A stretch of DNA of 64,000 bases from positions 62,001 through 126,000 of IMG/VR virus record IMGVR_UViG_3300042386_001233; one strand, 5' to 3'. Shown piece by piece: positions 1 through 10,228 of the stretch; position 1 is the first letter of the stretch; each line of letters starts with the position of its first letter. The notes below the pieces were generated by a model, which was given only the letters and a program-made list of their open reading frames with translations, did not search any database and had not been told where the DNA came from. The position numbers were made by a program, and so were the translations under genes.

Positions 1-2
1 TA

Positions 3-3000
3 AGAGTGAGATGTAGTAAATTTAATAGGGTTGCTATTAGTCAGATAGGTGCGGTATTTGTTCCAATTAGTACGGGTTTTACAGTTAGGGAATTTATTGG
101 GATGATAGGATCAGTACCTGAAACAGAGGTTGTTAAATTAGATGAGCTGTATAAATTCTCAACAAAAAGAGCATTTACACAAACAGCCTCTGCAAATTTA
201 AGCATAACTTATAATTTAGAATCTAACACAATAGCCAAAATTTCATCAATATATATTGAAAAAATACGAAGTAATATCTCTGGATGTGAACAGTGCTATA
301 GTTTGTATGAGCCTAAATTACGAGCAGTAAAAACTATGGTATTTACCGGCGCTAGTAGAGTTAGGGCTGTTAGGTATAGTCGTATTAATAAAGCCCCAGA
401 GGGTTTCTTGTTCTATAAATATAAAAGTCAGGCCGGACCAGGACTAATATCTGCTGCTACGATTGAGACGGTAAGTTTTGGATATCCAGATATAACAACA
501 GCACAATCTCCACCCGTAAAAACATACGGAGGGTATAATAATAATGTTATTAATAGTTTTAATATTCAAAATAATATTAATAGCACTGTTTATAGCTCTA
601 CCATTCCTGGTTTATCAAGGCCAACATCAAATACTGGAGATTCTATATCGTTGGCTGCCGCACAACCATCAACACTCCCTCCTGTAACGGGTTTTCCTTT
701 GGATGCGGTTAATGATCAAAGTTCAGCTAAGCACAAACTATGTTATCAACGACAATTGCCATATGTTGGCGGTGGGCCTATAACATTTAATAAAGGAGTT
801 TTACACCCCAACAGCGGATGGATACCACATACCTCTAGTGATTATGCTATTCACGCTAATCGTAGTAGTGTTTTAAAATTTAATCCAGGAGCCAGAAGCA
901 CCTTTAGTTTTATTGGTCCAAAATTATCTAATATTAGCTCAACATCGGCAAATATTTCTGATAATGTTGTTGAGCCAAATACTTTGTCTAGCTCTGTTGA
1001 ACTAAGAATAGCTCCAAATGTTCAATGGAACCCCGCATGCGAATGTGAAGCAAGTGAGGGGGCTGATATAGAACTGTATAACAATAATCAAAAGCATAAA
1101 GAGTCTATCGATACAACAACAAATAGATCATCTCATGGTTATAGATACTTGAACGGAGGACAACCAAAACCGATAGAACGAACAGCACTAACTAATGAAG
1201 CAACATATAATGATGAATTTGGAACAGATCAGGACGATGATACTTTTACGTATTCTTTTGCTGTAACCGGACCAGCATCAGTACCCAGCGAAGTTAATGG
1301 TAGCGACGGCAAAAAACATTTACGAATTCCAACGGTACAAGATTTTGGCATAAAAGATATTGAGGTCAAGCTAAATTTTTTGAACTATATCAATACTAAA
1401 AATCTCGTGATATGGCTTGAAGTTCAGCCTGATGGTACAGAGTTGCGGTCTCGCAAAGCGAATAACTTGGGAATATATCCTTCTCCAATAAGGGCTTCGC
1501 AAAAATTTTTAGATCAAACTATTCCATCTCCCATTGTTTCTGGAACTTCGTATCAACCAGGGTCGTCTTCTTCTCTACTATATAATAATATTCCCAATAC
1601 TAAAATAGCAAATTATTTAGATGGTTTACTTAATGCTGAAAATGATGTTCCTGGTGGACCATTAAGGCTATTATTATTGAATCAAGAACATATAGAAAAT
1701 AATGGATATAATTTTAGCGTTAAATTTACTGACAATGCTTCTAAATATAATGTTCTATATGATCAAAATATCGTAACTGGAACACCAGCAACTACAGCAA
1801 CATTCTTTCCATTAAACCAGCTCGCAGACATAGATAAACAACAAAATATAATTAGACATAACGGAACAGTTAAACCATCCCTAGCAGCCAATTCATACTC
1901 TGATAGACAATCTTGTGAATTTAGTAAAGTCTTGCGAAATAATAGATTAAATATTACAGCAGCTAGTTTTAGCAAATTCAATACTAACACTTTATTTAGA
2001 AACACCCCTCCAGAAACTGGTCCTTGTTCAGAACGATCACCAAAACAAAAACAAGGAGACTTGAACGGTGCTACAAAATTCACTTTAAAAATAATGGTGC
2101 TAGATGAAACAGACGACCTGTCTCCTAATGATACTTTGATAAATAACCAATATCTAACAGGATTATCATCTTCATCAAAAACACAAAGCTCTACTGATAT
2201 TTTCAACTCTTTGTGTAATTGGGAGCTGATACTACATGTCGGGGATGTTCCAAAGTTTGTTCCACATACTAATCCGAACTTGGCTTCTTATGGAAATTGT
2301 GATGTCTTATCTTTATTAGACTATGATAAAAATTTAAAATATCCAGGGTATAGCTTCATTGCTGATTTAACAAATTATCAACACTTATTGCCATTAGCAA
2401 ATATTGACGCTCCAAATACTGCGATAGCAGATACTTCTTTATGCTTAACTAGCAAAAATGATCCAGTGGGCAGAGGTTTTGTTGTTAGGCCTGTAGAATT
2501 TCCTTCATATGCTATTGTACAGATTGTGGCGTCGTTGATACCATCTACTACTGGAACTCTTATAGGAACAGCCACAACCCCAGGATTAGGATATGGTCAA
2601 GGATTTAATGCTATTATTAGTTGGTTTGGAGAAAGTAGATTTTTAAGCAATCTAGAAGATTCTGGTAGACAAATTTTTACACAGTCATATACTAAATATC
2701 CGTTTGGGTCTTCGGAAAAAATTCTACTCAATGTCAAAAAACCAGACTCACTATGGTATTCATTAGAAGCGACTATAATGAAATATCATAATACTCCGAT
2801 TCTTCAGTTAAAAAAACACAACTATGTTAAAGTTCAAAGAGGAGTCAGCAAATACGCCACAGAATTTGGTTTTGGTATAGTTAGTGAATATCAAGAACTA
2901 ATAGATTTAAAGAATATACCAGAAATTTCCTTGTCTTGCGATGGAACTCTACCATTTCCAGCGGCTAGTATCACATATCCTACAACCAACTATGGTAATC

Positions 3001-5684
3001 GTATTATTAATTATGGAGATTTAGTTAATGTTACTGTTACTGGTTGTCCAGCTGGTACTGCTAGTAACGATGGTCTGTATGTTACACTAGATACTGGATG
3101 GACTAAAATTACTGATCAGTCCATAGAGAATCTAACAAAGTCAATCTCCTTTTTAAAACATAATTCAGTATTGTCTTATAGTAATAGCTTATTTTATAAT
3201 GGATTAAATACAGACATAACAGCTTCTAAGGTTATAATTTGCCCTACTCGTATACCATATGATATATTTCTGGTTGGAGATACAGTAGAGTGCTATTCAA
3301 AAGACGATAGACTATTATCTTCTGGGGGCAGTATAACTACTGTTAATATCGTTAAAAAAGGACTAATAAATAAGAATAACAAACTATACTCTGTTTTTGT
3401 ATTAAATGCCGCCATCACTAACCAAGACACTATCTCGCCCACTTCTGCAACAAATACATTACTAGTATACTCTAACAATACAACTAAAGAAAATAGAATT
3501 AGTAAGGATTATAATGCGTGGGGACTTGATTCTAATGGATATATTAAGGAAACTCCTCCATATGCTGGGTTTTCTGCTCATAGTGTTGGTTCTTACGGTA
3601 ATATGTCTCCTTTTGTTAACAAGAATTTATTAGATAAAAATTTTAGATATAACTCACTACAGGCAGCACACAATATCTTAAATAATCATGAAAATGATAA
3701 AATTCAAAAAAATAAATTGATTGTATATAATTATAGTAATGGTTCTCTTTCTGGAATATCTGCTTTTTCTAATGATATGGCCTGTGGATTTTCGTATAAT
3801 GAAAATGATTTATACGATAGTTCTATTTTTCAAACTAAAACTTCTAATGTAGCTATTGCTCCTGAAAACACAAGACAAGTGGATGGCGATTTTAGTAATT
3901 TGTCAGATAGTTTATTTGAGCAAATTAAAAATACAACAGGATACAATGAAACCAATTATTCTTTTATGTATGTTAGAACCTCATCCTCATCAACAAATCG
4001 TGCAGCTGCTACAATTCCATTATCAGGATACGTTACAATAGAGAACAATTATGAAGAGTACGTGCCTATTAAATTTGTAGACTTAACTAATATTATATCA
4101 AGATTAGCTACTATAGATACATTAAAGATACAGACAACACTAGAAAATATTGTTGGAGACGAGAGTCAAACTTCTACTATTCTTGCGTCTTCAAATATTA
4201 AATATATAGAAAAGCATATGAACAAGTTGGTCAAAGACGATCCTAGTAGTTGTCATAGACCCGGAGCTGTTATAGCTGATTGTCCAAAATTAAGAACCCA
4301 AACGAAACTCAATAAACTATATGTAGAGCGGACAGATCTGATTAAATTATTAGAGCAGCAAGCTGTTCAATCTGCGTCGATAACATATTTTGACGATTCT
4401 GGGAATAGACAAACAAGTACTGGCACAATTATTGCAGAGAGTAGTAGTTCTATCTCTTTAGACACTAGTGGAGGCATAACAAAAATTGCTAAATCTAGTA
4501 TTATTAATACAGACACAGAATATGGCTTAGCTAGATCTTTTACAAGAAAAGACCTGTTAGCAGCAGACCATATGCATAAGGTATCGTCGGATATTTTACC
4601 CAAAATAGAACCAGTGATAACTACTAATACTGACAGTAGCATAAATATACAATATTCTGGGGTTAATCTTAATCATTATTGGATTAATATTGACCCAAAA
4701 CAATCTTGTGTTTTAGATTTTACTAGTAATCCTAAAGTATTAGACTCTACAGAATATTTTTGTATAGAAGCCAATGTATCTAGCATGAATGCATTTGGTA
4801 GTACAGTGGTTGCAAATAATAACGTATGTCCAGATTTTGCTTCCAAAGAAAATGTTCCACAATTTCCAAGCGACGCTATCGGAGATGAGGGGTTTTCTTC
4901 GGCAGTATATAGGACATATAAATATACTATTCCTTTCAATACTGTTGAAAGAAACAAAACAGCATTGTCGCGTGAATATCCGGCGATTACTGGTTGGACT
5001 AAATATACCAAAGAAAGATTTTTTAATATAAACGCTGATAATAGCTTAGGCATTGGTGGAGCTGGGGATGAGACAACTGTACAGTCTAAAGAAACATATT
5101 GGATACCACTAATTAATAATACTCCAACCCATAATGATGGTTCGGCAGATACTCAGTCTGTTCCGGGAATCCCACAATGCCAAACTGATTCTCCTAGTCC
5201 TCCTGGGTTTGGTTTAATTGGTTCTGCATTTTCTGGAGGACTTGTGATTGGTGGAGGAAGGGTCGGAACTAGCACCAGAGTACAAAATATTTTCAATCTA
5301 GACGACATAACCTCTATTGATGTTCAAATTAAGAGAATACCAAGAATGTTAAGAGGTTGCGATATACTAGGAACAGTATATAGATATGGTAATCGCAACA
5401 TATTTAGACAACAATCATCATCTAATCCTAGAGTACCTTTTGAAGTAGATGGAATTGGATTGAATGGACCAATAAATAACGGACTATACTGCTGGATTTG
5501 TCTGCAACAGAGACTATCAGATAATAGTCTAAGATACGCTCCCCTTCCTCCTTTTTTTCAACATCAAAACGAAATGATATTTAGGAGCTTTTTTGGTAGT
5601 ATAGATAGGATAGAGAATAGAACAGATCTTATGGTACCCTATTACCCATGGGAGCTTATTCCTTATGAGTATTCAAGAAGTTGA
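3..5684 (+). CDS. Very large virion/tail-associated protein (5'-truncated) with an expanded proprotein-convertase P-domain-like region
   Basis: >1890 aa, Ser/Thr/Asn-rich; frame is open at the window's left edge; IKDIEVKLNF..NLVIWLEVQP..FTDNA..LNG..FTLKIMVLD..LCNWELILH resembles a P-domain beta-sandwich with long insertions. Confidence 0.55.
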   Translation, partial: RVRCSKFNRVAISQIGAVFVPISTGFTVREFIGMIGSVPETEVVKLDELYKFSTKRAFTQTASANLSITYNLESNTIAKISSIYIEKIRSNISGCEQCYSLYEPKLRAVKTMVFTGASRVRAVRYSRINKAPEGFLFYKYKSQAGPGLISAATIETVSFGYPDITTAQSPPVKTYGGYNNNVINSFNIQNNINSTVYSSTIPGLSRPTSNTGDSISLAAAQPSTLPPVTGFPLDAVNDQSSAKHKLCYQRQLPYVGGGPITFNKGVLHPNSGWIPHTSSDYAIHANRSSVLKFNPGARSTFSFIGPKLSNISSTSANISDNVVEPNTLSSSVELRIAPNVQWNPACECEASEGADIELYNNNQKHKESIDTTTNRSSHGYRYLNGGQPKPIERTALTNEATYNDEFGTDQDDDTFTYSFAVTGPASVPSEVNGSDGKKHLRIPTVQDFGIKDIEVKLNFLNYINTKNLVIWLEVQPDGTELRSRKANNLGIYPSPIRASQKFLDQTIPSPIVSGTSYQPGSSSSLLYNNIPNTKIANYLDGLLNAENDVPGGPLRLLLLNQEHIENNGYNFSVKFTDNASKYNVLYDQNIVTGTPATTATFFPLNQLADIDKQQNIIRHNGTVKPSLAANSYSDRQSCEFSKVLRNNRLNITAASFSKFNTNTLFRNTPPETGPCSERSPKQKQGDLNGATKFTLKIMVLDETDDLSPNDTLINNQYLTGLSSSSKTQSSTDIFNSLCNWELILHVGDVPKFVPHTNPNLASYGNCDVLSLLDYDKNLKYPGYSFIADLTNYQHLLPLANIDAPNTAIADTSLCLTSKNDPVGRGFVVRPVEFPSYAIVQIVASLIPSTTGTLIGTATTPGLGYGQGFNAIISWFGESRFLSNLEDSGRQIFTQSYTKYPFGSSEKILLNVKKPDSLWYSLEATIMKYHNTPILQLKKHNYVKVQRGVSKYATEFGFGIVSEYQELIDLKNIPEISLSCDGTLPFPAASITYPTTNYGNRIINYGDLVNVTVTGCPAGTASNDGLYVTLDTGWTKITDQSIENLTKSISFLKHNSVLSYSNSLFYNGLNTDITASKVIICPTRIPYDIFLVGDTVECYSKDDRLLSSGGSITTVNIVKKGLINKNNKLYSVFVLNAAITNQDTISPTSATNTLLVYSNNTTKENRISKDYNAWGLDSNGYIKETPPYAGFSAHSVGSYGNMSPFVNKNLLDKNFRYNSLQAAHNILNNHENDKIQKNKLIVYNYSNGSLSGISAFSNDMACGFSYNENDLYDSSIFQTKTSNVAIAPENTRQVDGDFSNLSDSLFEQIKNTTGYNETNYSFMYVRTSSSSTNRAAATIPLSGYVTIENNYEEYVPIKFVDLTNIISRLATIDTLKIQTTLENIVGDESQTSTILASSNIKYIEKHMNKLVKDDPSSCHRPGAVIADCPKLRTQTKLNKLYVERTDLIKLLEQQAVQSASITYFDDSGNRQTSTGTIIAESSSSISLDTSGGITKIAKSSIINTDTEYGLARSFTRKDLLAADHMHKVSSDILPKIEPVITTNTDSSINIQYSGVNLNHYWINIDPKQSCVLDFTSNPKVLDSTEYFCIEANVSSMNAFGSTVVANNNVCPDFASKENVPQFPSDAIGDEGFSSAVYRTYKYTIPFNTVERNKTALSREYPAITGWTKYTKERFFNINADNSLGIGGAGDETTVQSKETYWIPLINNTPTHNDGSADTQSVPGIPQCQTDSPSPPGFGLIGSAFSGGLVIGGGRVGTSTRVQNIFNLDDITSIDVQIKRIPRMLRGCDILGTVYRYGNRNIFRQQSSSNPRVPFEVDGIGLNGPINNGLYCWICLQQRLSDNSLRYAPLPPFFQHQNEMIFRSFFGSIDRIENRTDLMVPYYPWELIPYEYSRS

Positions 5685-6072
5685 CAACTCTTGGTTTTGT
5701 ACTTTTATTGAAGCTGGTTTAGACACTTATATATGTTCTAAATGTGGAACCAGAATAATGTCAGATGATGGACCACCCCCACTTATGTGCAGTATGCCTT
5801 CTGTCAAAACAGATCAAGAACAGTTAGCATCATTTTCCACAAAAGTTAAAAGCTTCATTAATGCAGCATCGGAGCATTTACAAAATGGAGCAAAACTCTG
5901 CTCTGATGAACAGATAGAACAAAGATATAGAATATGCCATGGTTGTGAGCATTTTATCAACTCTTCTTGCAATAAGTGTGGATGTCCTATTGTTCGCAAT
6001 AAAAGATTTATCAGCAAACTATCTTGGGCTTCTTCCGAATGTCCAGTCGGCAAATGGGGGAAAGAGGATTAA
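5665..6072 (+). CDS. Cys-rich metal-binding protein (DUF6171-like C-terminus)
   Basis: CSKCG plus RYRICHGCEHF..CNKCGC..KLSWASSECPVGKW. Confidence 0.6.
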   Translation: MSIQEVDNSWFCTFIEAGLDTYICSKCGTRIMSDDGPPPLMCSMPSVKTDQEQLASFSTKVKSFINAASEHLQNGAKLCSDEQIEQRYRICHGCEHFINSSCNKCGCPIVRNKRFISKLSWASSECPVGKWGKED

Positions 6073-6084
6073 CTCTTCTTCCCC
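6056..6084. terminator. Hairpin over the overlapping stop codons of two convergent genes
   Basis: GGGGAAAGAG-gattaa-CTCTTCTTCCCC; both stop codons lie in the shared TTAA in the loop. Confidence 0.35.
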
Positions 6085-6428
6085 GCCTTGCCCTCTGCTT
6101 GATCTTTGGACCATTTATGCCAACCCTTGTTAGGCAGTATTGTTCCGTTATCATCTTTCCTCTTTGGAAATAATGTTCCACCCTTTTTGTGTTGACCAAA
6201 AGCAAGAATTGCTCCACAGTCTGCACAGCGAAGTTCATAATAATCATTACCTTCAACGTTTCTAACGATAAATCTTAAATTGGTTGAAGAACACAAGCCA
6301 CACTTTTCTTCTGCAAAAATTTCTTGAATTACGGCTAGTTCCTTAAAAACTTCTTTTTGGCCAGAACCTTCTAATTCAAAGGTTAGTTTATCACTAGCTT
6401 TATATATTACTTTCATAACTATTTCCAA
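6069..6428 (-). CDS. Zinc-ribbon protein
   Basis: CGLC..CADCG motifs. Confidence 0.6.
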   Translation of the reverse strand: MEIVMKVIYKASDKLTFELEGSGQKEVFKELAVIQEIFAEEKCGLCSSTNLRFIVRNVEGNDYYELRCADCGAILAFGQHKKGGTLFPKRKDDNGTILPNKGWHKWSKDQAEGKAGKKS

Positions 6429-7165
6429 TCTTTAGAATACCCAACAATACTATTCGATATCTCATTGGTGTTCTGCTGATACTTAGACAATAGCCTAATT
6501 ACAGTTACAGCATCCTCATGAGAGATTCCGTAAATATTGTCAGTTGGTAGTTGATTATCTGAGAAAAGCCTCATTACATTAATATTAAGTCTCTGGGCCA
6601 TAACGTCAATGAAATTAATCTGATTATTACTAATCTTAGAAACAGTGTTTAAATCAGGATTATCTTCAATTTCCTTAGATATTTCTTCAGCAGCAACTAC
6701 TTTCCTGAGTCTCAATGCTCTACGAAGTGCCCTACCCTCTGCCCTAGTTTCAGCAACAGCTACCGGATGGTTGCGATATATCTTGTCGCAATTACCCCAA
6801 TAAACGTCCGCAGCGCCGTCAACAGTCACAGTATTTAAATCCTGTGTGTCACTTGACTGGTTTTTTAAAAGATAGCTTATAGAATGAATAACGGTGGCTC
6901 TTTTTTCATTGTCTGGACTGGGGGCTTGAGCAACCGCACTGGTTGACGATATTACCTGACAATTTAAGGCCAATTCAAAAATACGACGCAAACCATCTGT
7001 AGTAGGATTGCCAGAAATTTTCTCATCATCAGATAAAAGACCTAGTACATAATCTGTCCATTCTAGATCGGTAATCTTAGGCAACGCTACAACATCACTT
7101 TCGGGAGTTGGTGCTACTTTGTTTTCTACTTCTTTGTCCTTGCTCTTATCAACCTTGGCCATCAT
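6419..7165 (-). CDS. Putative single-strand annealing protein (Rad52/Sak-like)
   Basis: AVAETRAEGRALRRAL motif and a C-terminal ISNNQINFI..AVTVIRLL helical module typical of phage SSAPs. Confidence 0.55.
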   Translation of the reverse strand: MMAKVDKSKDKEVENKVAPTPESDVVALPKITDLEWTDYVLGLLSDDEKISGNPTTDGLRRIFELALNCQVISSTSAVAQAPSPDNEKRATVIHSISYLLKNQSSDTQDLNTVTVDGAADVYWGNCDKIYRNHPVAVAETRAEGRALRRALRLRKVVAAEEISKEIEDNPDLNTVSKISNNQINFIDVMAQRLNINVMRLFSDNQLPTDNIYGISHEDAVTVIRLLSKYQQNTNEISNSIVGYSKDWK

Positions 7166-7168
7166 AAA

Positions 7169-7966
7169 TTAGTCCTCTATAGTTAGAATTAATGGTATTT
7201 TAGATTGCTCACAAGATTTAATTGCTTGTAATAATCTCTCTAAGATAATTGTTCCTCTAGCATTTGAAAAATCTTTTGTTTGTTTGATTCTGATCAGATG
7301 CCACCCCTTACCAGTGATTAGTCCTTCTTTCTTTTTATCGTACTTTATATTTCTGCTCAGAGATTGCTCTCCCCACACTGGCTCAAAATGAGAAGGGCCG
7401 TCAACCTCAATAGCTGTACCAATACTAGGCAGGAACAGGTCGATCTGCAACTTGGTGGTAACAAGAGACTGTTCCTTATGAAACTCCACATGTAAACCAG
7501 AAGATAGCAGGTTCTTTAGTAAGAATTTTTCTAATTTTGATCCAACTTTACTAGATTGTCTTATAGCAACAATAGCTGCTTGTTGCATATTTTCTTTTTG
7601 ATTATGGTCTAATTTTTCCCAATTGGCTTTTGCTTTAGCTTTACGAGATTCTAATTCAGAAGCATCCAATGACTCCCATGAATTAAGAACACCCATACCA
7701 ATTTTATTTTTAATTTCTAACGATCTCTCTTGACCCTTTGTGGGATGCTTGTGTTTTCCTGTATTTAGAGCATTTTTTTGAGCGTCTGACTTATTGCGAA
7801 TTGTTATTTGAAATCTTTTAGCATCTCTTCTAACCTTATTTGCATAAGTTGACCATGCTGTAGCAATGTCAGCAAAGCTTTTATTCAATTCTTCATACCA
7901 TGTTCTGATAATCTTCTCTTTTTCTTTATCAGATAAATTGTCATATATATTTTGAGAGTTCTTCAT
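7169..7966 (-). CDS. Vsr/DUF559-type PD-(D/E)XK endonuclease with N-terminal DNA-binding region (homing-endonuclease-like)
   Basis: SKLEKFL..QIDLFLP..AIEVDGPSHF..D.KK..GWHLIRI. Confidence 0.7.
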   Translation of the reverse strand: MKNSQNIYDNLSDKEKEKIIRTWYEELNKSFADIATAWSTYANKVRRDAKRFQITIRNKSDAQKNALNTGKHKHPTKGQERSLEIKNKIGMGVLNSWESLDASELESRKAKAKANWEKLDHNQKENMQQAAIVAIRQSSKVGSKLEKFLLKNLLSSGLHVEFHKEQSLVTTKLQIDLFLPSIGTAIEVDGPSHFEPVWGEQSLSRNIKYDKKKEGLITGKGWHLIRIKQTKDFSNARGTIILERLLQAIKSCEQSKIPLILTIED

Positions 7967-8399
7967 AAGTAAATTGCTCCACTGTGGCTATTGGGCGTTT
8001 CCAACACATAGAATATAGGTCGTTTAGAACTGGACTGGTTACAATTATATCAAGATTCTCTTGCTCATAAATAGATCTCCACTGTTCATACATTCCGGTA
8101 TTGGTTTGTGTCCAATGGGTATCAGATGTAAATAGTATACGCTTGCTAATATTTGGGAATTGATTACTCAGAATAACACTAGGCATATCAAATAGTATTA
8201 GTTTTCCATCAAAAAACTGTGCTTGTTGAAGATGAAAAATTGGAACATTAAAAGTGTTACTTTTTTCCGAATAACTATTGAACACTACATGTTGCTGGTA
8301 TGGGCGACGTTTAATAAATTGTTCTACAGTATTTAGAATACTGTCATAAGTCTTGTTATTTAAAAGCTTTATTAAGACAAATCCTATATCTTCATTCAT
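7941..8399 (-). CDS. Hypothetical protein, glycosyltransferase-fragment-like
   Basis: Coupled ORF at the end of the GT cluster; Rossmann-like LDIIVTS segment. Confidence 0.4.
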   Translation of the reverse strand: MNEDIGFVLIKLLNNKTYDSILNTVEQFIKRRPYQQHVVFNSYSEKSNTFNVPIFHLQQAQFFDGKLILFDMPSVILSNQFPNISKRILFTSDTHWTQTNTGMYEQWRSIYEQENLDIIVTSPVLNDLYSMCWKRPIATVEQFTYEELSKYI

Positions 8400-9139
8400 A
8401 GTTTAAATAACTCTCTTAAAAATTTGTTATACGTAATATTAGTATGATATGTGTTTTCTGGTAGACTAGAAGTATAGCTATTATCTTTAATTTGGTCTAA
8501 GGAGACAACTATAGCCCCGCAAGACTTTGCCTCATTGGTATAGCTAAATCCAGCATCTTGTTTTAAGTCTAGATAATACTTATGCGTCTGCAATAGATTG
8601 GCTCTATTCTGTTCTGTTAACATACCAAGATTTTGGTAGTGCCTAATACTAGGGCAGTTGAAAAGCTTAATTGGCGTGGAACTATTTGGATATAGCAAAT
8701 CAAGTAGATCGTTAGGAATAGAAGCTAATCCATCCATAAAACAAACTATACCATCTTTTTTATTGTCATTTGTGCTAGTGCTATAAAATAGTTGATCATT
8801 AACCAACCCTAATGGAATAGCTACATCATAAGTATCATCATATCCAATATGGACTACTCTACATTTTTGAGGCAGTAAGGTCTTGACATTCTCATATGAC
8901 TTATTGTCAATATGAAAAAAATAAATGTTGGTACTATCGCTATAGTCCTCACAGAATTGTAAAATTTCTTTATTTACTAGACTGCCAGAGAATATGCAGT
9001 ATTCCGGCTTATGTCTAAAGAATGTTTGATATAGATTATTTCCTATTGATATATCTATTATCATAATATCTTCAAAAGATAAAGCAGAACAGTTTTGAAC
9101 AAACTTTTCCGAGCTTTGCTGTACAAGAATAGATCTCAT
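8396..9139 (-). CDS. Degenerate GT-B glycosyltransferase-like protein
   Basis: C-terminal KYYLD..YTNEAKSCGAIVV resembles an eroded GT-B EX7E region. Confidence 0.45.
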   Translation of the reverse strand: MRSILVQQSSEKFVQNCSALSFEDIMIIDISIGNNLYQTFFRHKPEYCIFSGSLVNKEILQFCEDYSDSTNIYFFHIDNKSYENVKTLLPQKCRVVHIGYDDTYDVAIPLGLVNDQLFYSTSTNDNKKDGIVCFMDGLASIPNDLLDLLYPNSSTPIKLFNCPSIRHYQNLGMLTEQNRANLLQTHKYYLDLKQDAGFSYTNEAKSCGAIVVSLDQIKDNSYTSSLPENTYHTNITYNKFLRELFKL

Positions 9140-9807
9140 ATAAATACTTTAGCTTTTGGCAAATCCTTAATAGTATTGATTTTCATAATTTTGGTTTTAT
9201 TCAGGTAGTGTTTGCTTAATATTGTGTTAGACGATAGCATTTCATTAAGCAACTCAAACAAATACATTTGACTAGTTTTATTTTGTTGAACTATGACCGA
9301 CAAATTATTAATAGCATCCTTATCCAAGTAAACACACTCTGCCCAAGGTTCTGGCAAATCGTAGAAAATATATTCTGTAACAGACTGAGTTAGTGCACAA
9401 CCTAAGTTAAAGTTTTCTTTGGCTTTGTCAAGAAGAAAAAGCTTTGAATGTCCAGACAGCAGTAGTTTATTTAGGGTATTTTTTTTCATCAATATCCCGT
9501 TATTAATAATCAAAAGATGTTTTGGAGAATATTTTTCTAAATACAGTCTTATGGATTCTCCTTGATTAGTTTCTTTGTAGGTTGGATTAAAAGTATATTC
9601 TATACTCAATTCGTCTAGAACAGAATGAACTTTCTCGGCTTCAAATCCAGTAGCAACAGTTATTTGTGTTTTTATATCAAGATTTTTAATATTGTGTATT
9701 TGATATTCTAGTACCTTTGTGTGCTTCTTAATATCTAAAAGGGCTTTTGAGCCTAATGACTTCATCCCTTTTGTTATTTCTGGAACCAGAATCAAAACAT
9801 GTAACAT
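9136..9807 (-). CDS. Degenerate nucleotidyltransferase (NTP_transf/LicC-like)
   Basis: LILVPEITKGMKSLGSKALL..VATGFEAEKV..NPTYKETNQGESI; the canonical AAGxGxR and GD residues are replaced. Confidence 0.6.
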   Translation of the reverse strand: MLHVLILVPEITKGMKSLGSKALLDIKKHTKVLEYQIHNIKNLDIKTQITVATGFEAEKVHSVLDELSIEYTFNPTYKETNQGESIRLYLEKYSPKHLLIINNGILMKKNTLNKLLLSGHSKLFLLDKAKENFNLGCALTQSVTEYIFYDLPEPWAECVYLDKDAINNLSVIVQQNKTSQMYLFELLNEMLSSNTILSKHYLNKTKIMKINTIKDLPKAKVFI

Positions 9808-9811
9808 CGTT

Positions 9812-10228
9812 TTATATACTTACTCTTTCGATATTGATACTAATATTATATTCAGCATAGTTAATATTGATTAGTTTAAAAACGTTTGTATCTAATGTTG
9901 TTAAGATATCTTCGATAATTACTATGTTGTTTTTGCCTCTTAATGAGTCGAAGATTTGGGATGATGGTATTTTAGAATTTAAAAAATCCTCAAATAATTT
10001 CTTAAAGTTAGTTAGACTAATAGTAATCTGTCCTTGAGGCTTAATCTTGGATAGGGACTGTTTGATAATTGTTTGTAAGCTAGATTTTTCTTGGTACTCT
10101 AGACATGAACACAAAATATTATCGGCAGAATGATTTATAATCTGTTCTATGTTATTTGTTAAGATTTTTTGATATCCAGAAATATTAGATACCGGTTCTG
10201 AAATACTAACTATATGATAATTTCTCAT
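9812..10228 (-). CDS. Degenerate class I methyltransferase-like protein
   Basis: ADNILCSCLEY..LSKIKPQGQITI resembles the C-terminal half of a methyltransferase; no GxGxG motif. Confidence 0.4.
   Translation of the reverse strand: MRNYHIVSISEPVSNISGYQKILTNNIEQIINHSADNILCSCLEYQEKSSLQTIIKQSLSKIKPQGQITISLTNFKKLFEDFLNSKIPSSQIFDSLRGKNNIVIIEDILTTLDTNVFKLININYAEYNISINIERVSI

Noticed and set aside
1763-5053. Short antisense and alternate-frame ORFs inside the giant + strand gene
   Set aside because: Fully nested shadow ORFs with no recognisable motifs; the same applies to the many short + strand ORFs overlapping - strand genes across the window.
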